Shown: piece after piece, positions 8,354 to 17,853 of the stretch
Layout of the letters: every line of letters begins with the position of its first letter
Numbering within the stretch: position 1 is the first letter of the stretch
NCBI GenBank assembly: GCA_036273515.1
Contig: DASUHM010000044.1
Location: 384-64,383 of the forward strand
DNA: 64,000 nucleotides
From: Gaiellales bacterium
GTDB taxonomy: Bacteria > Actinomycetota > Thermoleophilia > Gaiellales > JAICJC01
Direction: 5' to 3'
Translations under genes and position numbers: made by a program
The notes under the pieces: generated by a model
The model's input: only the letters and a program-made list of their open reading frames with translations
Databases searched by the model: none
Told to the model about the DNA's origin: nothing

Positions 8354-9060
8354 TGCGCCAGCTCCACGGCGACGACGACCGCCACGGAGACGACGAGCAG
8401 CACGGCGCCGGCCCGCAGGACGACCGGTCGGGAGCCACCGAGGGCGACCGCCACGGACGCGAGCAGCACGACGACGGCGACGAGGATCTCCGCGACGCCG
8501 TCGGCGAGCGAGAACCTCGAAAGCCTGTCGCCGTCCCTCTGGACCGCGACCGGATCCTCCAGTCCGCGCACGCTGTCGCGCCGCTCGTCGAGCAGCGCGC
8601 GTCCGAGGTCGAAGCGGCTGTAGTGGTCGGCGCCGAAGTAGCCCGCGTCCGCAACGGTCGTCCTGGCCAGCGCGATCGACCTCGTGTACTCGATCCGCGC
8701 GCGGACGCCCAGCGCGTCACGCTCCGCCTCGGTCAGCCCGGGGGCGCCCCCCAACGCGGCCAGATACGCCTTCGCCTGCACGGTCGCCGTCTGCAGCTGG
8801 GCCACGTTCGGAACCGTGGTTCCGTAGACGAGCTGGTCGGCGCTCGTGGTCGCAAGGCTTCGCTTCACCTCCACGCGCACGGCCCGGGCCCAGTCGCCAC
8901 TCGCCCCGCCTGCGAAGTCGTCACGGCGCGCCCCGATCACGCCGGCCACGATCGCCGCGGCGGCGAGCAAGACCGCCACGCGAACCTCGAAGCTCGTGCC
9001 CGACAACGCCCGCCGCCATCGCTTCAGCCGAGAACCGCTCGTCGCCGCTTCCGGGGACAT
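8350..9060 (-). CDS. membrane protein of unknown function (same architecture as 7709..8353)
   Basis: GGGAGG lies 4 nt upstream of ATG 9060 ('MSPEAATSG'). One N-terminal TM segment ('VAVLLAAAAIVAGVIG') and two C-terminal TM segments. The track start at 9105 is less likely. Confidence 0.6.
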   Translation of the reverse strand: MSPEAATSGSRLKRWRRALSGTSFEVRVAVLLAAAAIVAGVIGARRDDFAGGASGDWARAVRVEVKRSLATTSADQLVYGTTVPNVAQLQTATVQAKAYLAALGGAPGLTEAERDALGVRARIEYTRSIALARTTVADAGYFGADHYSRFDLGRALLDERRDSVRGLEDPVAVQRDGDRLSRFSLADGVAEILVAVVVLLASVAVALGGSRPVVLRAGAVLLVVSVAVVVAVELAQ

Positions 9061-9199
9061 CCTGCCTCCCATGCGCGGCTTCGCTCGTCCGCCGCCGTCG
9101 CCCAAAGCCCGATTCGTGGCTGGAGTCTCTTACTCGCATCCGGAAGTGTCAAGAGGGCAGAGGCACCGGCGTCGCCCGATGGCGCCCGCGCCGTCAGGC

Positions 9200-10480
9200 T
9201 CAGGCCGGGTTGGCGTTGCCCGGCCGCGAGGTCGTGCGGGGTGGCTTCGCCCATGATCGAGGGAGCTTCCCTGGGGCGATGAACGTGCTCCCGGTGGGGC
9301 CGGCCCACACCGCCTGTTGCAGGGCGCTGCCGCGCATCAGCTGGCGCCACGTGAGGAACCACACCGTCCAGCCGTTGCCCCAGGATCCGGCGCGGGGACT
9401 GCCGGTGATCGTGACGGGATCGCCCGGCACGGCCAGCTTGTAGTAGGTCTCGGCGTTCGCCGGGGAGAGGTTCACGCAGCCATGGCTGACGTTGGTGAAC
9501 CCCTGTTCACCGACCGACCAGAAGGCGTCGTGCATGTAATCGCCCGACCATGTGAACCGCACCGACCATGGCACCATGATGTCGTATCCCGGCCCCTTCA
9601 TCTCCACCGGGTTGGCCTTCTCGATGGTCAGGTAGGTGCCGTTGGGCGTGTCGTCGCCGGGGCGGCCGGAGCTGATCGGCCAGTCGGCGAACACGCGCCG
9701 ATCGAGGTAGATCCGCACGTGATGCTTCGCGGTACTGGCAACGGCGATCAGCGACCGCCCGATCGAGAATGTCTGCGTGAGCGTGTGCACGCCGTAGACG
9801 CCGGGCGCGCCCTCCACACCGTCGAGGTGGCCGGTGAAGTGAACGACGGTGTGTGGCCGCCAGTAGCCGCGCGGCCTGAACTCCACCGTCTGGTCGCCGT
9901 CCCAGTACCACGCGCCCACCACCGGCTTCGAGGTGCGAAGCTCGAGCGATCGCTCGACAGCGCGGCGATGGGTGATCGGCTGGCTGAAGGTGAGGATGAT
10001 CGGCATGCCCACCCCATACGTCTGGCGGTAGCCCTCGAAGATCCGGGTCGTGAACGTCCGCGCCGGCGCCAGCGTCCGGAACGTGCTCGTCGCGGTCGCC
10101 CGCCGCCCCGCCGGATCGACCGCGATCGCCTGAACCGTGTACCGCGCGCCCGTCCGGAGTGCCCACCGGCTCCGCCACACCCGCCCCGACGCGCTCATCC
10201 GCCCGGCCACCACATGACCGCGCACGCGCGCCCGCACCGCGGTGATCCGCCCGCCGGACGCCCGTACCGTGATCCCCGCCCTCGGAACGACCTGGGTCCC
10301 GCCATCGCGAGGCGTGATCGTCACCCGCGCAGTGCTCACCGCCACCACGGTCGTGGAATGAGTCGAGGCGGCCGAAGAGCTCGTCACCGGATGGGCAGCG
10401 TCCTGACAGGCGCTCGCAAGCCCCACGCCCAGAAGGGCCGTGACGATCCCCGCCCAGCTGCCGACGCCGGTCGTGCGCAC
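9200..10480 (-). CDS. L,D-transpeptidase lipoprotein (YkuD domain with N-terminal Ig-like domains)
   Basis: Lipobox 'GLASAC' and catalytic 'SHGCVNLSP'. The size and layout resemble mycobacterial LdtMt2-type enzymes. Confidence 0.85.
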   Translation of the reverse strand: MRTTGVGSWAGIVTALLGVGLASACQDAAHPVTSSSAASTHSTTVVAVSTARVTITPRDGGTQVVPRAGITVRASGGRITAVRARVRGHVVAGRMSASGRVWRSRWALRTGARYTVQAIAVDPAGRRATATSTFRTLAPARTFTTRIFEGYRQTYGVGMPIILTFSQPITHRRAVERSLELRTSKPVVGAWYWDGDQTVEFRPRGYWRPHTVVHFTGHLDGVEGAPGVYGVHTLTQTFSIGRSLIAVASTAKHHVRIYLDRRVFADWPISSGRPGDDTPNGTYLTIEKANPVEMKGPGYDIMVPWSVRFTWSGDYMHDAFWSVGEQGFTNVSHGCVNLSPANAETYYKLAVPGDPVTITGSPRAGSWGNGWTVWFLTWRQLMRGSALQQAVWAGPTGSTFIAPGKLPRSWAKPPRTTSRPGNANPA

Positions 10481-10632
10481 GATCTACAGGGTAGGCGCCC
10501 TGACGAGAATCGTCGCGGCCTTTGGTCGATCTGCCCCGCGCTTGACCGTCTCGCCTCGTTCTGCGACCGTGGCGGTTGCGTGGCAGCGCCGGTGCGCGGT
10601 GACGCCGACTCCTCGGCAGGAAGGAGCCCCCG

Positions 10633-11155
10633 ATGCGAACCCGTACGTCGACCGCGACCGCGCTCGCGTCCGTCGCCCGCCGGGCACAGCGTTCTCGTAC
10701 TCGAACACGAACTACCCGGTGCTGGGCCTGATCGTCGAGCGCGCCACCGGCCGTTCGCTCCGCCAGGAGCTGCGGCGACGGATCTTCAAGCCGCTTCACC
10801 TGAGCTCGACACGGTTCCCTACGTCCCAGCGCTTCGGGCCACGACTACCCGTGGAGCCGCTGCTCGGCGGACGCATCCTCCCCCAACGCCTGCTTCACGA
10901 GATGCGGCAGACCGTTCCGCTCGCGCCGGGCGTCGGCTATGGCCTGGGCATCATCCGGGTCGCATCGCCGTGCGGAGCGTTGTGGGGGCATGACGGGTCG
11001 TTCGCCGGATACCTGTCGGACGCGCGCTCCTCCGCCCGCGGGCGCCACCAGATGGTGCTGCTGTTCAACCAGAACACCTTCGACGACACGGCCGGGACGC
11101 CCGCTGCACGGAAGGCGGCGGCCCGGCTCATCCAGACCGCGGCGTGTGCCCGCCT
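10633..11155 (+). pseudogene. serine-hydrolase / class C beta-lactamase-family remnant lacking the SxxK nucleophile region
   Basis: GGAAGGAG plus ATG 10633 opens 'MRTRTSTATALASVA...', which terminates after about 33 codons. A different frame (ORF 10440..11462) carries 'PGTAFSYSNTNYPVLG' (YxN motif) and 'WGHDGSFAGY' (HxG motif). No SxxK segment is present anywhere. Confidence 0.55.
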
Positions 11156-11898
11156 CCGAGGTCGTCCGAATGGCCGGCGGCGAGTCGCGGCCACTGCGGG
11201 ATCGGCCGGCCGCCGGGGCGACCGACGGAGCGGCCGTGCTCATCGGTGCGCATCTGCTCGCTCGCTGTGCCGGGGTAGATCTGCGGCCAGCCGACCGGGG
11301 AGTCCTCCCAGGCCTCTTGGCGTCCGTAGACAGTCTGGTCGAGCATCGCGTACGCGGCCCCCATCGTCTCGTTCCCGCGACCGGTGGTCCAGTAGGTCTC
11401 GAAGACCCGGACGCCGTCGCGCAGATAGCACACGTTCATCCCGAAGTGCCGCCCGGCGATGAGCACATCGCGTGACGTCTCGGGCACGGAATAGAACGGC
11501 GCCTCCCAGCCCATGAACGCCCGGTACCGGTCGCTTTCCGCGAACGGCCCCTGGCAGAAGACGGCGAACGTCACATCGCGCGAATGCAGGTAAGACAGCT
11601 CGCGCACCTGCGCGTTGTCCTTCGTACAGCCCTCGCACTGACGCGCCGCCGGAGCTCCGTCGTACCACATCATGTACGACGCGAACAGCTGCGTACGCCC
11701 CTCGAAGGTGTCGATGAGAGGGACTTCGCCCGCCGGCCCCACCAGCGGCACCGCCGCGTCCACCTCGACCATCGCCAGCCGCCGCCGGGCGGCGGCGATC
11801 GCGTCGCCCTCGCGGGTGTGCGCCTTCTCGCGGACGCGAAGCTGCTCGATCCCTTCCTCCCATGTCTCACGGTCGACGATCGGCGGCAACGCGGTCAT
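11128..11898 (-). CDS. DUF899-family thioredoxin-like protein
   Basis: 'REKAHTREGDAIAAARRRLAMVEV', the 'CEGCT' motif and C-terminal 'GRPIPQWPRLAAGHSDDL' are typical of DUF899. Start chosen at ATG 11898 ('MTALPPIV'). Confidence 0.7.
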   Translation of the reverse strand: MTALPPIVDRETWEEGIEQLRVREKAHTREGDAIAAARRRLAMVEVDAAVPLVGPAGEVPLIDTFEGRTQLFASYMMWYDGAPAARQCEGCTKDNAQVRELSYLHSRDVTFAVFCQGPFAESDRYRAFMGWEAPFYSVPETSRDVLIAGRHFGMNVCYLRDGVRVFETYWTTGRGNETMGAAYAMLDQTVYGRQEAWEDSPVGWPQIYPGTASEQMRTDEHGRSVGRPGGRPIPQWPRLAAGHSDDLGGGHTPRSG

Positions 11899-12213
11899 TC
11901 CGTCTCCTTCGTTCTGCATCCGGTCACCTACCAGAGACCGCCGGGACGCCTGGAACTCATCGGGTAGACGCCGAGGCGCGGGAGATGACTTGCTGCTCGG
12001 TGGAAACCTCGCGATGCCGCCGTTCGGGCCCAATGCGGAGGCGCTGCAGACGTCGCCGTTCGGATCGTTCCCGCGATCGGCGAGGCGGGTTGAGAGAAGC
12101 CTCGCACCGGCTTCGCCGCCAACCAGTGGTCTCCGAACAACGACCCCGGCGCGTTCGCGCAGCGACTGCGCGACGTGTTGGGGTAACCAGCGACGCCACC
12201 CGAACGGCCGCGC

Positions 12214-13746
12214 TCACCTGGAGTAGAGGTCGATCTCGCCCGTCGTGGCGTGCTCGTTCGCGTCGCCCACCGGCAGCGCGACTACGCCGTCGGCGACGAT
12301 CGGCGACGACCAGTGCCCGGTCCCCGCGGGCAGCGAGGCGAGTAGGCGCCCGTCGGCCGGCGTGTAGGCCGCCAGGCTGCCGGCCGGGTCGTACACGTAG
12401 AGCACGCCGCCGGCGAGCACTGGGCTCGTCCCGGGCCGGTCGTTCGACCACGCGGGCGCGAGCCGCGCCGCGCTCCCTGTCCCGGCGAGCCGATAGGCCA
12501 CCGTTCCCGATCCGTTGGCGAGGAAGAGCATCGTCGGTCGACCGGTCCGGTGCCACACCGCGAGGGCGGAGAAGACGGCCTCGCCAGCCGGCGTCGGCAG
12601 CGTCTGGAGCTCGCCGCCCAGCGCCCCGCTGGCCTGGGCGCCCAGGTCGACCAGGCGGAGGACGCCGTCCTTCCCGGCCTGCGCGATCAGCGGGCCCGTC
12701 CCGAGGACAGCCGGCGCCGACGAGCCCAGATCGAGGTCTCCGGAGTTCAGGCCGGCCTGTTGCGATGGTGTGTAGGAGTGACTGATCCGGGATGCGTCGG
12801 GGCGGAGCGCCAGGACCGAGTCGCCCCAGGCCGTGCGCCCATCGAAGGGCGCGTTCCCCGTCGCGACCAGGATCTCGCCGGAGGCCAGGTCAAGCACGGC
12901 GCCTCCACGGCCCCAGATCGCCGAGTCGGAGTCGGGGCACGACGCCGGCTGCAGGAGGCGGTGCACGTCGGAGCAGAGCGTGTTGAAGACCGCGGCGATA
13001 CGCCCGTCGCCGCGGTCGATCAGCACGACGTGCCCCTGATAGGGCGGCGCATCCCCGATGTAGCCGCCGGTCGTCACGTACACAAACCGGCCGCGCACGT
13101 TCAGGGCGGAGGCGATCTTCTCCCGCTCCGCCAGGAGGGTCACGCGGACCGGCCAGCCGCCGTCACGCTGCTCGCGCCCGCTGCTGACCGCGAGCTTGTG
13201 GATCAGCCCGTCCGGGGACGCGGCGTAGAGGAAACGCCGGTCCGGGTCGGCGGCCGGAGTCGCCGTGGTGATCTGGGCGCTGCCCGCGACGGAGGCGTAG
13301 CCGGGCGGCGTGAACGTCCACAGGATCCGGCCCGCCGGTGAGAGCGCGAGCGTGCGGCCGTAGGTCGTCGTCATGAAGAAGGCGTCCCGGCGACGGCCGT
13401 CGACCCACACGCCGTGAAGAAAGATCGGCGACGAGTCGACCGTTCCGCTCAATGGGACGACCTGCCGGCGCAGGTGGCCGACGGACGCCGCCGTCACACC
13501 GGTCGGCCCGGGATCGACGTTCGTGCGCGCGGCGTCGTAGCCGAACACCGGCCAGTCCGACCCGGCGCGGTCGGCCGGCGGAGGCACGGTCGTCACCGGC
13601 GGGCTCGTGCGCGGGACGCCGGCCGGGTGGTCGGCCGTCGACGGCGGCCCCGGGGGCGCCTCATCGGCCCGGATCGCGATCCCGATGGCGACCATGCCGC
13701 CCGCGACCGCCACCACCGCGAGTACGACGGCGACACGCCGGCTCAC
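12214..13746 (-). CDS. membrane-anchored PQQ-like (BamB-type) beta-propeller repeat protein
   Basis: N-terminal TM segment 'VAVVLAVVAVAGGMVAIGIAI', a Pro-rich linker, then repeated beta-propeller blades ('LYAASPDGLIHKL', 'GVLYVYDPAGSLAAY'). Confidence 0.65.
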   Translation of the reverse strand: MSRRVAVVLAVVAVAGGMVAIGIAIRADEAPPGPPSTADHPAGVPRTSPPVTTVPPPADRAGSDWPVFGYDAARTNVDPGPTGVTAASVGHLRRQVVPLSGTVDSSPIFLHGVWVDGRRRDAFFMTTTYGRTLALSPAGRILWTFTPPGYASVAGSAQITTATPAADPDRRFLYAASPDGLIHKLAVSSGREQRDGGWPVRVTLLAEREKIASALNVRGRFVYVTTGGYIGDAPPYQGHVVLIDRGDGRIAAVFNTLCSDVHRLLQPASCPDSDSAIWGRGGAVLDLASGEILVATGNAPFDGRTAWGDSVLALRPDASRISHSYTPSQQAGLNSGDLDLGSSAPAVLGTGPLIAQAGKDGVLRLVDLGAQASGALGGELQTLPTPAGEAVFSALAVWHRTGRPTMLFLANGSGTVAYRLAGTGSAARLAPAWSNDRPGTSPVLAGGVLYVYDPAGSLAAYTPADGRLLASLPAGTGHWSSPIVADGVVALPVGDANEHATTGEIDLYSR

Positions 13747-13814
13747 GCGTTCAGACTAGATCATCGGGGCCGCCCTCCCGCAGGCCGGAGCCCGACGCCG
13801 GATGACACCGGCCG

Positions 13815-15113
13815 TTGGGTAGACTCGGCGGCGTGTCATTCCCGGTCGCGTGGGATCGGCGGCACATCTCGACGCTCCGCTTCGTGGACCCCGAGCTGGA
13901 GCGCGCCTATCAGGATGCCGATCAGGCGCAGGGCGTGCGGCGCGCACGGGCCGCGAGCCTGCTGGCAGCGGTCGTGTGGGTGCTCGTCGCCCTGATCGGG
14001 CCGCCCGCGATCGGGATCTCGGCCGGATCGACCTGGCTGATCGCGGGTCTCATGACGGTGTTCCTCCTCGCGTGCGCCGGTGCCAGCCGGTGGGCGGTGA
14101 CGCTGGCCCGGCGGAGCGCGATCGGGCTCGGGCAGCAGGTCGCCGCCGGGATCGCCGTGCTGACGCTGGCGCGCGTCACGGGCACGTTCCACACCTATGC
14201 GATGCCCGGGATCATGCTGACGGCGGTGTTCGGCTTCTCCGTGACCCGGCCGCCGTTCGTCGGCTCGATCGTGCTGGGCGTCTTCTACTGCGTTGCCTTC
14301 GTGTCGGTCGCGGTGGTCACGAGGCTCGGATCTCAGCTGTGGCTGCAGTCGTTCCTCGTCCTCGCGACCGTCGTCACCGCGTCGGTCGGGGCGTACCTGC
14401 TCGAGCGGTCGCAGCGCGAGGTGTACGCACAGGGGCGGCTGGTGAGCGCGCTGCACGACCGCGTCGACGCGCTGCTGCGCTCGTACCTCTCGCCCGACGT
14501 CGCTGCCGCACTGATCGAGGATCCCGACCGGGCCTCGCTGGGCGGCGTGGAGGTCGACGTGACGGTGCTTTTCGCCGACCTCGGCGGCTACACGGCGTTC
14601 GCGGAGCGGGCGACGCCGACGGAGGTCGTGGCGATGCTGAACGCCGTCTTCGGCGCAGCGGTGCCGGTCGTGCTGGCCGAGGGCGGAGCGGTCGTGCAGT
14701 TCATGGGCGACGCGATGATGGCGATCTTCAACGCGCCGAAACCCCAGCCGGATCACGCGTTGCGCGCAGCCCGCTCCGCGCTGGGGCTGCAGCGCGTCGT
14801 GGGTGAGCTGCCGCTCGCGGGCACGCGGCCGCGCTTCCGGGTCGGGCTCAACTCGGGGCCGGCGATCGTCGGCAACATCGGCGCCGCCGAGATCCGGAAC
14901 TTCCTCGCCATCGGCGACACCACCAACCTCGCCGCGCGCCTCCAGACGTATGCCCCGGAAGGCAGCGTGGTCATGGGTGCGCGCACGTATGACCTGATCC
15001 GCGCCGACGCGATCGTCCGGCCGCTGGGCACGCCGGCGCTGAAGGGCAAGGCGCAGCCGGTCGAGGTGTGGGAGCTGCTCGGCCTTCGCGGCGAGGACCC
15101 GCAGGATCTCTAG
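13815..15113 (+). CDS. membrane-bound class III adenylate/guanylate cyclase
   Basis: About 6 TM helices, then the cyclase homology domain 'VTVLFADLGGYTAFAE...VQFMGDAMMAIFNAP...RVGLNSGPAIVGNIG'. Confidence 0.85.
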   Translation: MGRLGGVSFPVAWDRRHISTLRFVDPELERAYQDADQAQGVRRARAASLLAAVVWVLVALIGPPAIGISAGSTWLIAGLMTVFLLACAGASRWAVTLARRSAIGLGQQVAAGIAVLTLARVTGTFHTYAMPGIMLTAVFGFSVTRPPFVGSIVLGVFYCVAFVSVAVVTRLGSQLWLQSFLVLATVVTASVGAYLLERSQREVYAQGRLVSALHDRVDALLRSYLSPDVAAALIEDPDRASLGGVEVDVTVLFADLGGYTAFAERATPTEVVAMLNAVFGAAVPVVLAEGGAVVQFMGDAMMAIFNAPKPQPDHALRAARSALGLQRVVGELPLAGTRPRFRVGLNSGPAIVGNIGAAEIRNFLAIGDTTNLAARLQTYAPEGSVVMGARTYDLIRADAIVRPLGTPALKGKAQPVEVWELLGLRGEDPQDL

Positions 15114-15709
15114 GAGCCCGCCGGCCGAAGGCCGTCGAACACGACGCCCAGCACCCGGTCGCGATCGGCCCCGGAGAGGCCGAAGCGGCCGGTGGCCATG
15201 CACGAGGCGGCCATCAGCGCCAGCACGTCCGAGGAGGTGAGGTCGGCGCGCACGGCGCCGGACGCCTGCGCCCGGTCAAGCATCCGGCCGAGCGTCTCGA
15301 GCAACCGCTCCTTGAACTTCGCGCTGCCCGACTTGACGTCGTAGCCCGCCTCGGTGAAGGCGTCTGCCAGGGCCATGTCGGCCGAGCTGCGTTCGGCCAT
15401 CAGGCGCAGGAACCCGAAGAACGCGTCGCCGGGATCGGGCGCCCCTTCCAGCTGCTCGGCCTCCCCGATCAGCGACTCCAGGCGGCTGGCGAGGATCGCG
15501 CCGGCCAGCACCTCCTTGTTCGGGAAGTGCCGGTAGAACGTTCCCACGCCGACGTTCGCGCGCTCGGCGATGAGATCGACCGGGACGCCCAGCCCCTCCT
15601 GCGTGAACGTCTCGCGCGCCACCTCGAGGATCCGGTCACGGTTGCGCTGCGCATCGGCGCGAAGCGGGCGCTCGGACGGCTGGTCGGCGTGCGGTGCGAG
15701 GTCAGCCAT
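15110..15709 (-). CDS. TetR family transcriptional regulator
   Basis: N-terminal HTH 'AQRNRDRILEVARETFTQEGLGVPVDLIAERANVGVGTFYRHFPNKE'. Divergent from the MFS gene. Confidence 0.9.
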   Translation of the reverse strand: MADLAPHADQPSERPLRADAQRNRDRILEVARETFTQEGLGVPVDLIAERANVGVGTFYRHFPNKEVLAGAILASRLESLIGEAEQLEGAPDPGDAFFGFLRLMAERSSADMALADAFTEAGYDVKSGSAKFKERLLETLGRMLDRAQASGAVRADLTSSDVLALMAASCMATGRFGLSGADRDRVLGVVFDGLRPAGS

Positions 15710-15739
15710 TTGACAAACGGAACCACCGTTCCGTATAGT
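15710..15739 (+). promoter_or_regulatory. sigma70-like promoter (TTGACA-18-TATAGT) with an embedded 7-4-7 inverted repeat, probably the TetR operator
   Basis: TTGACA at 15710-15715 and TATAGT at 15734-15739. ACGGAAC-CACC-GTTCCGT lies at 15717-15734, between and overlapping the -10 element, about 50 nt upstream of the MFS start. Confidence 0.6.
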
Positions 15740-15789
15740 GAAGCGGAACCAATCCTCCGATTATACCGGACTCGGGAGCTCTCTGAACG

Positions 15790-17328
15790 ATGCAGACCGC
15801 ACTCACACGACAACGCGAACGCGCGCACAGCCCCTGGCTGGTGCTCGCAATCGTGTGCCTGGCCCAGTTCATGGTGGTGCTCGACGCGACGGTGGTGAAC
15901 GTCGCGCTGCCCACCATCCAGACAGACCTCAACTTCACCGACAGCTCGCTGCAGTGGGTGGTCAACGCCTACACGCTGCTGTTCGGCGGCTTCCTCCTGC
16001 TGGGCGGGCGCGCGGCCGACCTGTTCGGGCGGCGGCGGCTGTTCATGGGCGGCGTCGTCCTCTTCACGGGCGCCTCGGTGCTGAACGGCTTCGCTCCGAG
16101 CTCGGAGTTCCTGATCGTCTCCCGCGCCCTGCAGGGCCTGGGCGGCGCGATGGTGTCACCGGCCGCGCTGTCGATCGTCACGACGACGTTCGCCGAGGGC
16201 CGTGACCGGGCCCGGGCGATGAGCGTCTGGGCGGCGATCGCCGTCGGCGGCGGCGCCTTCGGCCTGATCGCCGGGGGCATCCTCACCGAGTACGCCACCT
16301 GGCGCTGGATCTTCTTCGTCAACGTCCCGATCGGCGTCCTCACCCTCGCCGCCGCGTGGCGGGTGGTGCGGGACTCGCGTGGGACCCTGCAACACCGCCA
16401 CTTCGACCTGGGCGGCGCGATCTCGATCACGAGCGGCCTTGTCATCCTGGTGTTCGGCATCGTCAAGGCCGAGGAGTTCGGATGGACATCCGCCAAGACG
16501 CTCGGCCTGATCGCGATCGCCCTGGCGCTGATCGGCGCCTTCGTCGCGATCGAGCGGCGCAGCAAGGCGCCGCTGGTGCGGCTGGGCATCTTCGCCACGC
16601 GCACGCTGAGCGTCGGCAACGCCGTGCTGTTCGTGGTGTCCGGCGGCATGTTCGCCGTGTTCTTCTTCGAGACGCTCTACGTCCAGGGCATCCTGCACCT
16701 CTCGCCGGTCCAGGCCGGGCTCGGCTTCCTGCCGCTGACCGCGGCGATCATCGGCGCCTCGGCGGTGGCTCAGCAGGTGATCGCACGGTTCGGCGTGCGC
16801 GCCGTCGCCATCACCGGCATGACGGTCGGCGCGCTCGGCCTCGTGCTGATGTCACGCGCGCCGGTGGGCGGCACGTATCTCGCCGACGTCCTTCCGGGCC
16901 TGGTCGTCATGGGTCTCGGACTCGGGTTCACGTTCGTCCCCATGACGCTGATCGCAACCACCAACGTCGCGCACGAGGATGCCGGGCTCGCATCCGGCCT
17001 GTTCAACACCTCGCAGCAGATCGGCGGAGCGCTGGGGCTGGCGATCCTCTCCACCATCGCCACCAACCGCACGGCCGATCACCTCAGCGCGCTCGGCCAC
17101 GTGCCGTCGCCGGCCGACATGGCCGAGGCGGTCGTGACCGGCTACCAGGGCGGCTTCATCGCCGGCGCGGGCATGTTGGTGCTCGGCGTCGTGATGGCGG
17201 CGGCATTCCTCCGCAATCGCGACCTGCAGGCGATCAACCAGATGTCGCCCGAGGGCGCGGCGCCCGAGCACGAGTCGCCGGGAGAGCTGCGGCCCGTGCT
17301 CGAGGGCGGCCAGGAGGGCGGAGGCTGA
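15790..17328 (+). CDS. MFS drug:H+ antiporter (DHA2/EmrB-QacA type, about 14 TM)
   Basis: 'LDATVVNVALPTIQTDL', 'GGRAADLFGRRR' (motif A). 512 aa with about 14 hydrophobic segments. Confidence 0.85.
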   Translation: MQTALTRQRERAHSPWLVLAIVCLAQFMVVLDATVVNVALPTIQTDLNFTDSSLQWVVNAYTLLFGGFLLLGGRAADLFGRRRLFMGGVVLFTGASVLNGFAPSSEFLIVSRALQGLGGAMVSPAALSIVTTTFAEGRDRARAMSVWAAIAVGGGAFGLIAGGILTEYATWRWIFFVNVPIGVLTLAAAWRVVRDSRGTLQHRHFDLGGAISITSGLVILVFGIVKAEEFGWTSAKTLGLIAIALALIGAFVAIERRSKAPLVRLGIFATRTLSVGNAVLFVVSGGMFAVFFFETLYVQGILHLSPVQAGLGFLPLTAAIIGASAVAQQVIARFGVRAVAITGMTVGALGLVLMSRAPVGGTYLADVLPGLVVMGLGLGFTFVPMTLIATTNVAHEDAGLASGLFNTSQQIGGALGLAILSTIATNRTADHLSALGHVPSPADMAEAVVTGYQGGFIAGAGMLVLGVVMAAAFLRNRDLQAINQMSPEGAAPEHESPGELRPVLEGGQEGGG

Positions 17329-17389
17329 GAAGCGACCCCGGGACGGTGTCGACAAGGACGTCGGTGAACCGCCGGCGTATCGCGGTACA

Positions 17390-17853
17390 TTGGCCGCAGC
17401 GATCGTGCCGACGCCCCAGCACCGGATAACGGAACAGGTCGTCTCGAGCCTCTCGGATGCCCCGCCGCGACTGCGCGAGGTCGTGTCGGCGCTGGTGGTG
17501 CATCTGCACCGGTTCGTCGTCGACGTCCGGCTCACGCCGGAGGAGTGGCGGGAGGCGGTCGACCTCCTCGCAGCCGGCAGGCGACCCGATGTGGGTGTTC
17601 GGACGCGCGCTGACGACGGACGGCGATCCGATCGCGGGCGCCGAGCTGGACGTGTGGCAGAACGAGCGAGCATCTCGACTCGGACGCCGTCTTCGCGGTC
17701 AAGCCGTCGCTGCTGCGCGAGTTCGTCCGTCGCTCACCCGACGACCCGGACGCCCCGCCGGGGATCGCCGGAGACTGGTACTCGGTCGAGAACGACCTGG
17801 TGCTCGTCGCCGGCGCGGCCGAGGAGCCGGTGGACGACGGCCGCACCGCCTGA
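17390..17853 (+). pseudogene. intradiol ring-cleavage (hydroxyquinol/catechol 1,2-) dioxygenase remnant with an internal deletion and frameshifts
   Basis: Frame 1 carries the dioxygenase N-domain 'ITEQVVSSLSDAPPRLREVVSALVVHLHRFVVDVRLTPEEWREAVDLL'. Frame 2 carries 'VFGRALTTDGDPIAGAELDVWQ'. Frame 3 carries 'HLDSDAVFAVKPSLLREF...' and ends at TGA 17851-17853. The Fe-binding catalytic core between these pieces is absent. Confidence 0.7.

Noticed and set aside
6840-9443. 867-aa + strand ORF, and similar long antisense ORFs (21057..23450 -, 31373..33157 +, 33124..35205 +, 43804..45606 +, 27083..28720 +)
   Set aside because: All are antisense or off-frame to genes with clear family motifs. Their translations are Arg/Pro/Ala-rich without recognisable domains.
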